Source of the DNA: the human T2T-CHM13v2.0 reference genome, Homo sapiens | Reading direction: 5' to 3' (one strand) | Assembly: GCF_009914755.1 (NCBI RefSeq) | Contig: NC_060928.1 | DNA length: 64,000 nucleotides | Shown: piece by piece, positions 1 to 11,753 of the stretch | Position numbering within the stretch: position 1 is the first letter of the stretch | Layout of the letters: each line of letters opens with the position of its first letter | Notes under the pieces: generated by a model | The model's input: only the letters and a program-made list of their open reading frames with translations | The model's database searches: none | Told to the model about the DNA's origin: nothing | Position numbers and translations under genes: made by a program

Positions 1-316
1 TTCTGATGTCCAAGATCTGAGACAGAGAGAGAGAGAAAGAAAATGGAAATCCTGTTCTCTGTCTTTTTATTCTGCCTTGACCCCCAGCTGAATGAACCCA
101 CATCAGTCTCTAAAGGAGATAGATGTGTGAGTCAGTGAATGGAGTGGGGGAAGATCCCCCACTACATTGAGGGTGGATCTTCCCCAACTCCGTTCACTGA
201 GTCACAAATCATCTCCTCTAGAAACACCTTCACAGACACACCCACAAGTAATGCTTTACCAGTTTTCTAGGTTTCCATTAATCCATTCAAGTTGACATCT
301 AAAATTCATCATTACA
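1..316 (-). mobile_element. 3' LTR (MLT2B-like) of HERV-L provirus, cut by window start
   Basis: Ends ...CAAGTTGACATCTAAAATTCATCATTACA (TGT start on the minus strand) and is homologous to the LTR at 6706-7363. The adjacent AGTCCACCACTTGTCAA is the reverse complement of an ERV-L polypurine-tract-like junction. Confidence 0.85.
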
Positions 317-526
317 AGTCCACCACTTGTCAACTTAGCACCCATGAATCTCTTTAAACCATACTTAATCTCCAAATAAAGACAAAAACAAGGTAATATG
401 AAACAACTCTCTTGTGTACAACCAAAAACACATTAATCCCTTCCCCCGAAGAGAAGGTTAGGTCTCTGGGTAATGTTTACTCTTCTCCTGATATGCAATA
501 ACATAAATACTATGATAAAAAATTAA

Positions 527-859
527 CAGTACACTCATGTATAGGAAATGAGACTGGCCAACAATGAACCATATATATGATGGTGGTCCTGTAAGATTAT
601 AATACCATTTCTATAATTATATATGTTTGGATACACAAATATTTATCATTTTGTTACAATTGCCCACGCTATTCAGTACAGTAACATGCTGTATAAGTTT
701 GTAGCCTAGGAGTAATAGGTTATGTCATATAGCCTAGGTATGTAGTAGGCTATGCCGTCTAGGTTTGTGTAAGTACCTTTGTTATGTTCACACCATTACA
801 AAATCATGCAAGGATGCATTTCTCAGAGCATATGCCAGTTGTTAAGCAACATATGACTA
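527..859 (+). mobile_element. Tigger3a (MER7A-like) non-autonomous DNA transposon nested in HERV-L
   Basis: Matches the recalled consensus: GGTGGTCCTGTAAGATTATAATACC...TTCAGTACAGTAACATGCTGT...GTAGCCTAGGAG...GTTAAGCAACATATGACT. Confidence 0.75.
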
Positions 860-942
860 TAGATAAATACTGATACTAAGTCAACTTATTTTATGTTACG
901 TGATAAAGAAATGAGAGGAACAAAACCAACATATTTGCTTAA

Positions 943-1443
943 TGTGATGGTTAATATTGAATGTCAACTTGATTGGATTGGAGGATGCAAAGTATGGTTA
1001 CTGGGTATTCCTGGTGTGTGTCTGTGAGGGTGTTAATCTGCCAAAGGAGATTAACATTTGAATCAGTGGACTGGGAGAAGCAGACCCACCCTCAATCTGA
1101 GTGGGCACAATCTAATCAGCTGCCAGTGTGGCCAGAATAAAAGCAGGCAGTAGACTAGAGTGGCTGAGTCTTCTGGCCCACATCGTCCTCTGTGCTGGAT
1201 GTTTCCTGCCCTCAAACATTACACTCCAAGTTCTTCAGCTTTAGGACTCTTGGACCTTTGACCACAGACTGAAGGCTGCATTGTTGGCTTCCCTACCTGA
1301 GGTTTTGGGACTTGGACTGGCTTCCTTGCTCCTCAGCTTGCAGATGGCCTATTATGAGACCTCACCTTGTGATTGTGTGAGTCAATACTCCTTAGTAAAC
1401 TCCCTTATTAGTTCTGTCCCTCTAGAGAACCCTGACTGATACA
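943..1443 (+). mobile_element. MLT2A-family solo LTR nested in opposite orientation inside the HERV-L
   Basis: Starts TGTGATGGTTAATATTGAATGTCAACTTGATTGG and ends CTAGAGAACCCTGACTGATACA. A perfect 5-bp target-site duplication CTTAA lies at 938-942 and 1444-1448. Confidence 0.9.
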
Positions 1444-4400
1444 CTTAATATACGTGTATATACACACAAATGTATTTTTAACAAAATGTGGAAGAAATTA
1501 CTCATGACACAGTTATTATTTCTGTAATGGATCACATGGTCATGGTTGGTATTTATAAGTACCTTTTCTTACTACCCATTCTGTATTCCTTTGCCTTCAG
1601 CAAACTTCTCAGCTGGTCATAGTTCTTTACATGGTAGGGCAACCCAGATCTTCATCCCTGAAGTGTCTGGATCATTTGTAGTCCTGCCTGGATTGGGTTG
1701 TTTTAATTTCCTATTAACCTTAATCATGGGGCATGGTAACACTAAGAGATGCCCTAAGGGATCATCTGTATTCTAAACATATTCTTTCTTACCATTCTGC
1801 AGTAGTAGTCCAATTTCCCCTGGGTAATCTGTATCAATCACCCTAACAAATACGGTAACCCCCTTGGCCTGTTGACTCAGATGCATGAGGAACTCTGTGA
1901 CCAGGTGTCAGCCTTAACTTTCAGATAATAGATTCATTGTTGTGTCTTCTGGTCTCTGGAACTAAGCTTTCTAGGCCAGCAGAGCACAGAGTTGTAGAAA
2001 CAAAAAGCATAAATTTTGCTTTTGGGTCACTAAGGGTAAGGGTAAGTGGTACTATTCCCATTTCCACCCCTTGATTTCTGGACCCATAAATCCTGGATAT
2101 GAAACAAACAGTGCCATACATAAGATGCTTATTAGAGAATATACAGCTTTCTGGAGGATGTTGTCCCAGTCCTGCAAAGTAATTTTACCTAGCTGGTACT
2201 TTAAATGTGAGTTCAAAAGGCTATCCCACCATTCTATAAAGCCAGCTGCTTCAGGGTTACAGGAAACTTGCTAAGACTAGTGAATTCTATGCATATGAGC
2301 TCATGCCACACTTTTTTTTTTTTTTTTTGGCTGTGAAGTGAGTCCCTTTGTTAGAAGTAATGTTGTGCAGAATACAATGGTAGAGAAGGCATTCTCTAGG
2401 TCCATGGATGGTAGTTTTTCCAGAAGCCTTGCATACAGGGAAGAAAAATCCGTATTTTGTAAGTGCCTATTCCAGTAACGACAAACTGCTACCCCTTCCT
2501 TGATGGAAGTGGTTCAACGTAATCAATCTGCCACCAGATAGCTGGGTGATCACCCCAGTGAATGATGCCAAATAGGAAATGTAGTGTTGGTCTCTGCTGC
2601 TCGCAGATCAAGCACTCAGCGGTGGCCATAGCCAGACTGGCCTTGGTGCATGAAAGTCCATGTGGCTGAACCCATGCATAACTTCCATCCCTGCCACAAT
2701 GACCAGTTTGTTCATGAGCCCACTGGGCAATGACAGGAGTGGCTGGGGAAAGAGGCTGATTGGTGTCCACAGAACAGGTTATCCTATCCACCTGGTTATT
2801 AAAGTCCTCCTCTAGGGTTCACATGGGACAGAAATATCTTAGCATCTTTTGCCAATTCAGAGAGGTCTATCTACATACTATTCCCCAAATTTCTTTGATA
2901 CCAAATTTCCAAACATGTTCCTTCCAAATCCCTGATCATATGGCTAAACCATTGGCTATTGCCCACGAATCAGGATATAATTGCATGTCTGGCCATTTCT
3001 CCTTCCACACAAAGTGCACAAGCATGTGTACTGCCTGAAGTTCTGTCCACTGAGAAGATATCATTTTACCATGCTCCTTCAGGGATGTTCTAGAAAGGGG
3101 CTGTAGTGCTGCAGCTCTCCACCTTCAAGTGGTGCCTGAATATTCTGTAAAGCCATGTGTAAATCAGGCCCTAGTCTTTTTCTCTGCCAGATGATCATAG
3201 AGTGCTTTCCATAAGGCTATAGATGCTGTCTGGGAGAGAGAAGTCAGCGTAGCAGAAGAAACCATGAGCCTCTGGGCCACTTCTTCACGTGACTTACGCT
3301 TGGTACCAATCGTATATATACCACTTCCACTTGATGATGTAGTGCTGCTGTGCATGGCGAACTTTATGGATTGATGGGTCAGATAACACCCAGTTTATGA
3401 TAGGCAGCTCAAACTGCATGGTAGCTTGGTGACCCATGTTCAAGTGTTCAGTTTCTACTAAGGACTTGTAGCAGGCCAAGAACTGTTTCTCAAAAAGAAA
3501 GTAGCAATCTGCAGATGATGTCAGGGCCTTGTGCCCAAAATCCTAAGGACCTTGCCTGTGATTCACCTCTGAGAGTCTGCCAAGTGTTCCAGCCAGCATC
3601 CCTATCTGCCACTCACACCTCAAGTACCATTAAAACTGATGAATTATATGGCCCAAGTGGCAGAGAAGCTTGCACAGCAGCCTGAACCTGTGGAAGAGCA
3701 TTCTCTTATTGTAGACCCTACTCAGATCTAGCAACTTTTTGAGTCACTGGGTAGGTGGGCAGGAGTAACAAAGTGAAATGGGGAATGTGTTGCCTAAAAA
3801 AAAATCTAAATCGGCCTGCTGGGTACTGTGCCTCTTTCTTGCTTGTTGGAGGTGTCTGATGCTACAACTCATCTTTCACCTTAGAAGGGATAACTCAACA
3901 TGTGCCACACCATTGGACCACTAGAAATTTCACTGAGGCAGGAAACCTATAAATTTTAGTTGGATTTATATTCCAACTAAACACAGAAATGTCATCAATA
4001 AATCCAGAGTAGTTGCTACTTCGTGCTCACTGGGCCCAATCAGCATAATGTCATCAATGCATTGGACCAGTGTGATATCTGTGGAAGGGGAAGGCAATCA
4101 GGATCCCTGCAAACTAAACTGTGATTTAGGACTACAGAGTTGATATAGTCCTGAGGTAGGACAGCAAAGGTATATTTCTGACCCTGACAACTGAAAGCAA
4201 ATTGTTTCTGGTGGGGAGTTATGGACAAGTACGGGGAAAAAGGCATTTGCCTGATCAATAGCTGTGTTCCATGCACCAGGCGGTGTGTTAATTTGCTCAG
4301 GCAAAGAAACCATATCTGGTTCAGCTGCAACTTGGAGTCACCACTGATTAAGCTTACAATAAACCACTGTCGTTCTCCAGGACGCATCTTTCTTCTGCAC

Positions 4401-6686
4401 AAACAAATAGGATAGTTTAACGGGGATGTGGTTCAATCACCAACCCTGCATCTTTCAACTTTTTGATGGTGTCACAATTCTCTGCCATCCATCCAGGGAC
4501 ATGGTATCATTTTTGATTTGCTGTTTTCCTAGGTAGAGGCAGCTATCATGTCTTCTATTTGGCCTTTTCCAGCACAATAGCCCTCACCAAACAGGTCAGA
4601 GAATCAATGTGGGGATTCCGCCAGCTGCTAAGTGTGTCTATTTCAATTATGCGCCTGGAACTGGGGAAATAACCATAGGATGGTTTTGGGGACCCACTGT
4701 GAGATGAAGCTGAGCTAAAACTCCACTGATCACGTGACCTCCACATACGCCTACTCTAACTAGAGGGCCACAGTGACATGTCAGGTCTCCTGAATCAATG
4801 TCAATTCGGAGCCAGTGTCCAGCAGTCCTCAAAAGGTCTGATTATTTTCATTTCCCCAATACAGTTACCATGGTAAAAAGCTGTAGATCCCTCTGGGGAA
4901 GGGTAGAAGAAAGATTAACAATATAAATGTTTTGGTAATTACTGGGTCCTTCCTGGAGGTGAGCTGGCAACCTCTCCATTCAAAGGGTTCGGGGTCAGTA
5001 AACTGGCTTGATTCTTGGAACTGATTGAGGGGCTGTAATTCTCTGTTTTTATGATTCAAGTTTGCCTTGTGTTCACTTGACCTGAAAGTTTTCTGCTCAT
5101 ACAGATTAAGTAATAATTCAATAGGCTTTCTATCTATTTCACTTCTAGGAGCACCATGGCTAACTAGCCAACTCCACAGTGAGAGTCAGACTATTCTAAT
5201 TGTTGCTTTGCCTCTGCTTTCCATTATGGTAACAATACCCCCCTTGCCTTTGGGTTGAGTGTTACTATTTGGCCCCTGTCACTCTGGGATTCAATTACTA
5301 AGTTTTCCAATTGAGTGACTGTGGTTCCCACTGTAAGATCTGGCTTACAGAGAAGAGCAATCACAGAGCTCTTCAGGGATACTGTGGTTCCCCTCACAAA
5401 TCTATTTCTCAAAGTGCTGTTGAAAGGACTCTCCCAGTGTGGGTGAGTAGGTTGTAAGTGACATGTCCACTCTAGCATTCCAATCTTCCTAAGCCTTTGA
5501 ATCCTTTCGTGTACATTAAATCAAGAGAGATTGGACATTTCCAAATAGTGCACAGTGGGCCATCTTGATCCATGTCTTAGCCAACCAAAGAAACTGTTAG
5601 CACCTTTCCTAATTTCCCAAGCTGCAACACTGAATGCAAATTATGTGCTTAGTGGGCCCATATCAACAAATTTGGCCTGATTCAACTTTATGTTCCTTCT
5701 ACTATTACTCCATGACTTTATTATACACACATATTCCCTGGATTTCTGCTTGTATAAATTGAAAAACTCAGGTAGCTCTTTTGGAGCATGGTGCAGCTCC
5801 TCATGGGCCACACTTTGTACCTCACCTTAGGGTCCTGCTAGGACTTGACTCCAGTTACAAGTCTAGAAGCAAAGAAGGGTGGTGGGGGTGGGTCCTGAGG
5901 AGAATCAGCATTGTCTTTCTTGGCAACTGACTCAGGGGAGGCATTACTGTTTCCTCAGGCAATGCAGGGTTAACCCTTCAGAGGTGGAATGGCCAATACC
6001 ACTGTGGGTAGATATGCTACTGGCACTTGAAGTAGGGAAGCCACTTCTGCTGGCAAAGTAGACTTATCAGAATATAGGAGCTCAATGCCCTCCGTCTCAT
6101 CAAGGTCTTCCCACATATCCTCACCCCAGCATACAGGATCCCATTCTTCCCTAACGAATGCCCTCACATTAACAGTAGACACTGAGAAGCTGAGAGCCCG
6201 TCTTTCATTTTAATTCAGCCAATCAAATGACCAGGGCTTGCATTTGACTTTCAGCAATTTCAGCCCTATGACTACAGGAGAGAAGATTCTGGATCAGGGC
6301 ACACTTAATAAGCTCTTAGGCTATTTATGTGGGACTGGAGCCAGAAATTTGAATACCTGAGCTCATCTTTTTTTTCCATCATTTTTTCCAGTAACATTAG
6401 AAGCAACCAACCAACATCATTGTATTCCTTGGTTTTCCACAAATATTCAAAAGTATCGTATATAGTTACCAAGTCCTTGCCTCTTATAAGTGACTGATTA
6501 GGAGTATCACAGGCAGATAGATATTTTATATTTCCATAAACAATTCATACCATGGGCTATGAGTGCTCTCTGTACTGTTAACAGTAGAGTCCTTAGCATT
6601 TTTAGGTCTAATCAGACTACAGAGCCAACTCCAGAATCCCTGAAACCAATAAAGGAAACTCATTCTTAAATTCTGTTCCTCTAGAT

Positions 6687-6700
6687 CACTTTTGGTACCA
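6687..6700 (-). other. tRNA-Leu primer-binding site of HERV-L
   Basis: The minus strand reads TGGTACCAAAAGTG just inside the 5' LTR, resembling the complement of a tRNA-Leu 3' end (...CACTCCTGGTACCA). Confidence 0.7.
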
Positions 6701-6705
6701 AAATC

Positions 6706-6772
6706 TGTATTAGCCAGGGTTCTTCACAGAGATAGAACAAACAGAATAAGATATATAGATAGATGATAGACA

Positions 6773-6828
<56 letters not shown>

Positions 6829-7363
6829 ATGAGAGGAGATTTATTCGGGGAATAGGTTCTTGTGATCATAAAAGCTGAGAAGTCCCACAACAGACTATCT
6901 GTAAGCTGCAGAACCAGGAATTCTGGTAGTATGACTCAATCCAAATCTGAAAGTCTCAGAACTAGAGAAGCTGATGAAGCTGATAGTGTAATTCTCAGGC
7001 TGAGACCAAAGCCCTGAGAACCTGGTGGGGGAAGGGGCAGCTGGTGTGAGTCCTGGAGTCCTAGGGCCAGAAAGCCTGGGGCTCTGATGTCCAAGGGCAG
7101 GAGGAGGAGAGTGTCCTACGTCCAGGAGAGGAAAGAAAAAACCCTTTTTTTCTCCTTTTCTTTTTTTTTTTGTTCTATCTGGGTACCCAGCTGAATGAAT
7201 GGTGCCTGTCCACATTGAAAGTAGACCTTCCGCACTCAGTCCATGGACTCACATGCCAATCTCCTCTGGAAAACTCTCACACACATACCTAGAAGTAATG
7301 CTTCACAAATTATCTAGGTACTCCTTAATCCAGTCAAGTTGACCTCTAAAATCAACCATCACA
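6706..7363 (-). mobile_element. 5' LTR (MLT2B-like) of HERV-L provirus
   Basis: TGTATTAGCCAGGGTTCT...CAGTCAAGTTGACCTCTAAAATCAACCATCACA, with TG...CA termini. It is adjacent to the PBS and homologous to 1-316. Confidence 0.85.
6757..6826 (+). repeat. (GATA)n tetranucleotide microsatellite inside the LTR
   Basis: Long run of AGAT units. Confidence 0.95.
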
Positions 7364-8147
7364 AGGGGCTTACAGTTTATTACAAGAAGACTATATTAAA
7401 CAAGTAAAAATAAACTATGTAAGTGGTGCTACTATAAAAACATCAATAATTACAGGGGATAGGAAAGTCACCAGAATAGGGGATCAGTTCATAGAATCTT
7501 GGATTTAGAGGCAAATCCACTGTTAAGCCCATGGAGGTAAGCCTTTAAGTTTCTGACAAATGTAATATAATAAAAATACAATGCTTAAATCAGGATTAAT
7601 CTTACTAGTTCATTTCAGATTCACAAAGTGTCCACAAGTCTCAAACTTATCTATAGTATGATTCTAGTTAATCTGGACACCTATCAGAGAATGAGATCTC
7701 TTTTGTGTCTGTATGAGAATCAGGTAGCTAGGCCTCCTCCTGGGAAGAGCAGGCTTACTGGTTATATTTGTGTAGGAGGAATTACCCCGATCCTTGAGTA
7801 ATAGGTACTTATGCAAAGGGTAAAAAAATGACAAGCTTATCTCACATGTCGGTTTTTCCTGTCTCCTTTAAGGTACTATTTCTGATTATTTTAAAAAGTG
7901 GCAGACAAGATAGAAATTGCAATCTATCAGTGACTGAAAACAGAGCCATTTTTACAAAGCATGAAAGGTATAAAAGAAGAAAACTCCCAACATAGTTGGT
8001 ATTCGTCCATTCTACTTCAGAGTTTGAAGAGAAGGCTGAAGAAATAATTACCCCTTGCTAATTGTACTACAATATTGACAAAATATAGCAAATATTTTAA
8101 AAATAACGTGCCTTAAAAGTGTTCTACACAATACCTTTACCGATTTA

Positions 8148-8181
8148 TCACACACACACTCACACACACACACAAACACAC
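8148..8181 (+). repeat. Interrupted (CA)n microsatellite
   Basis: CACACACACACTCACACACACACACAAACACAC. Confidence 0.85.
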
Positions 8182-10561
8182 TAGTGTAGGTTAAAGTTCA
8201 CTTGTAAAAAGAGTTTTGATGCATGAAGGGGCACTTGTCTTTTCCTGAATTGAGACTATTTGAGTGACTATATTTTAATTAATTTAAATTGTTCCTCAGT
8301 AAGGAACAGGGAACATTTCTCTTATTCTAAGGCCAGGCTAACTTCCATTTGTCCTGCCCTAACCTGCAAAGTATTGTATATAGTCCAGTACTTTCTCTAT
8401 TATATTATCCCTTCTCTATTATAATATTGGAATACTCTATTACAATTACTTTATTACAATTGCTCTTTTTTGTCTTTTTTTAAAAACTCTAAGGATAAAA
8501 ACTGTGGTACATAGTAAATAATATTTCATTCCAGAATGGCTACATAATAATCTCTCATAATTTTTTTTAAATATTTACTTTTTAAAAATATTGTAGTACA
8601 ATTTCATGGCAAGTATTCACTGAGTCTATATATTGAGATTCATTTATTTTCAAGTGGAATTTTTACTGTGTCTAATGATTATACCATTAAGGTTTCATTA
8701 TAAATTATGTCTTTTAGTGCATAAAATGTCCATCTTTTAAATGCCATTATTAGAATATTATACACATAGAAGATGCTCGGTAAATATTTACAGAGTAAAA
8801 ACTTTTGTTTTTAATCTTACATTTCTAAATTTCTTTTCTATTACTTTTAAGTATTATTTTTAGTTTGTTCCAACATTTTTTCAACAGGAAACAAATGTAA
8901 CACAATTTATACAAAGTATATTCAATGCCACTCATGAAATTAAATGTTTTCTAGATCCCTCAGCAGAATTTTTCAAAGTACTCTTCCACTCACCTTTGTG
9001 CCATTAGACAAATTCACCATACCCCTCAATTTCTCTGTATTTTTACCTATTCAAGCTATCACCTAAGAGGTAGCTAGACTTATAAGCTAAACTCTTATTT
9101 ATCCTTCAATGTAATTTTAAACATCCTTCTCCTATGCACATTTGACCTAGACTCAGAAAGACATCACCCCTAAGTAATGTCTTCTCTTTCCTTCAAGCAC
9201 ATACATGATGTTTCTGGTACCAAGATCTTTATGAAGAAGTACTTTTCATTGGTCCCAATAAAGATGGCCTGAGCATTCCTCAATGGCTCAGCATCCATGA
9301 ACTCTAAACAATGTCTTGAAACAGGGTATAGAGCCTGAGCCACTGAGAGCCCTCTATCCTGAAATCTTATGATGGCTTACTAGGGCAGCAGGAGCTTTCC
9401 ATAGGTGTCCTCTTCAAAAGACTAATTGTTACCACACAGCTGGTCCCTCAGAGGGTGGGGAATGCACTGTAAACTAGCCACAGGAAAGGAGCAAGAGAAG
9501 CATTCAGAAGATCTGCAGGAGATGCTATTTTCTTGGCATTGGTTTTTTGTTTCAAACATTTCTGTAATTTGTTTTCAGTGAGAATTTTCACCATAAAAAT
9601 GTCGCTTTCTGCTTGTATTTCCTTTCTTAGTGCTTTGGAAAAGTGTTCATTATGCTAACTGCATTTTCTTCTCTGAATGGGTGTTTCAGATAGTGACTAC
9701 AATAGCTTTTGTTTTTCAGGTCATAGTTCACTATGATTTGAAAAGAAACTAACTTCACTTGCCTCAAGTAAATGTCTGCATTTTTTTTCTCCTAAACTAT
9801 TAACAGGCTACTCACTACCCTATGAAATTATGAGGTAGATATTCTATATTCTCTTCCAATTCTTAGATCATGTCAAGAGGTACAGTTCTTGGAACCTGCC
9901 CTAAGCACAATAGTAGCTAGTTACATCACTGACTGAAACACATTATCTTTGTTTCTCTTCCTGTTGAAATTTTTCTCCAACCGCTTCCTGTTGCTATCTT
10001 CTGGTTCCAAACACTCCCACTTTCAATGTTTCTTTAGTATGAATTATTTATAATGGAACCTGCCCTAACAATCACATTACTTACAAGAATATTCTTGATC
10101 CTTCTAATGGTCCAAAAGTATTTTTCATTTATCATAGAACTATTTAGTATTATTTTACCCTACACAATTTTCCACAAAAACTGAAGCAGAATTTCTAGAA
10201 GGAAGATACTTTTGGAAGCAAGGGCTATATCTTATTATCATTGTATGCTCAGTGCCCAACATATAGTAGGTATTTACTAAACTCTTTTTGAATGAATTAA
10301 TGAATAATAAAAATATGAAGAGCAATGCTGTTTTATCAATCCTGTTGATGAATGAAGCTAATAAGTTTGGAATAGAGAGCTCTGTGTTATTATATGTTAG
10401 GTAAAGAGTGGGGCTGAAACTCTAATAAAATCAATAATTATAGGGTAAAAATGGAAGTAACTTACCATAGCTTACAAAAAACAACTAAAAAGAGAAATGG
10501 AGATTTTAGCTTTCTTGACATTCAAGTGTTTTATAGTATTGTCTGTTAAAAGTCAGATCTA

Positions 10562-10917
<356 letters not shown>

Positions 10918-11301
10918 TTAGCACAGCCAGGAGTCTAACTGGAGGGGCAGTGGTGGTGGTGTGTGCTATGGTATAAGCAGAAAACCTGCTTACTTCTACA
11001 AGTCAGACTCAATATACTTGAAAAGAGAAGAATCAGCACATTTATACAATCACTAGAGAACAAAAGCAAGTATATAATGCAAACAGCCATGCAGGAAGGA
11101 ATATCAAATAGCTACCACAATCACCAATTAACAATGAGATATTGCTCCATGGGGACTTAGAACATGAATGGTGAAGGGAATTAAATGTTCTTTAATGTAT
11201 GTTTAGTTAGAAGAATGCACAAAGATTTACCCTATTAATGAATCTTCCTCCAAACTCATCACTGTGAATTATGTGTTAGCTTCCTATCACCATAAATTAA
11301 C

Positions 11302-11753
11302 GTATTAGCTAGCTACTGCTGCAATGCATTACTACAATTTAGTGGCTTAAAGCAAACTAAATTTATTATATTAGAATTATAGATGTAATAAGTCCAAAAT
11401 CAGTCTCACTTGGCTAAAAGCCAAGATGTCAACAGGGCTGGTTCCTTCTGTAGGCTCTGCAGGAGAATTCATTTCTTTGCCTTTAGGCTACCTGTATTCC
11501 TTGGCTTGTGGCCCCTTCCTCCATATTCTAAGCATATTCCTCCAATCTCTGTTTTCTCATCACACCTCCTCTCTAACTTTCACTTTTCTGCCCCCATCTT
11601 ATAAAGACTCTTGTGATTACACTGGGCCCACCTGGATAATCCAAGATAATCTTCCCATCTCAAGATCCTTAATTTAATTCCACCTTCCAGGTAAATACAT
11701 ATATACACAGGTTCTGCAGATGAGAATGTGGACCTCTTTGGGGGGTTGCTACA
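11302..11753 (-). mobile_element. MLT1-type MaLR LTR
   Basis: Motifs AGTGGCTTAAA, CAGGGCTGGTTCCTTCT, TCCTTGGCTTGTGGCCCC and GATTACACTGGGCCCACCTGGATAATCCAAGATAATC. Confidence 0.75.

Larger units (their letters stand above)
317..6705 (-). mobile_element. HERV-L (ERVL) internal region: decayed gag-pol-dUTPase, no env
   Basis: Minus-strand ORF fragments include gag-like (5970-6182, 5224-5478), RT (IDQANAFF; QKQFAFSCQGQKYTFAVLPQDYINS at 4040-4402), integrase zinc finger (WAHEQTGH...CLIC...WQIDY at 2489-2791) and ERV-L dUTPase-region residues (~1700-2120). All are broken by stops and frameshifts. Confidence 0.9.

Noticed and set aside
2489-6182. Domesticated or intact retroviral gene
   Set aside because: The gag/pol frames are broken by many stops and frameshifts, and no long ORF is preserved.
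6681-6890. ORF with repeated IYLS motif
   Set aside because: It is the translation of the (GATA)n microsatellite.
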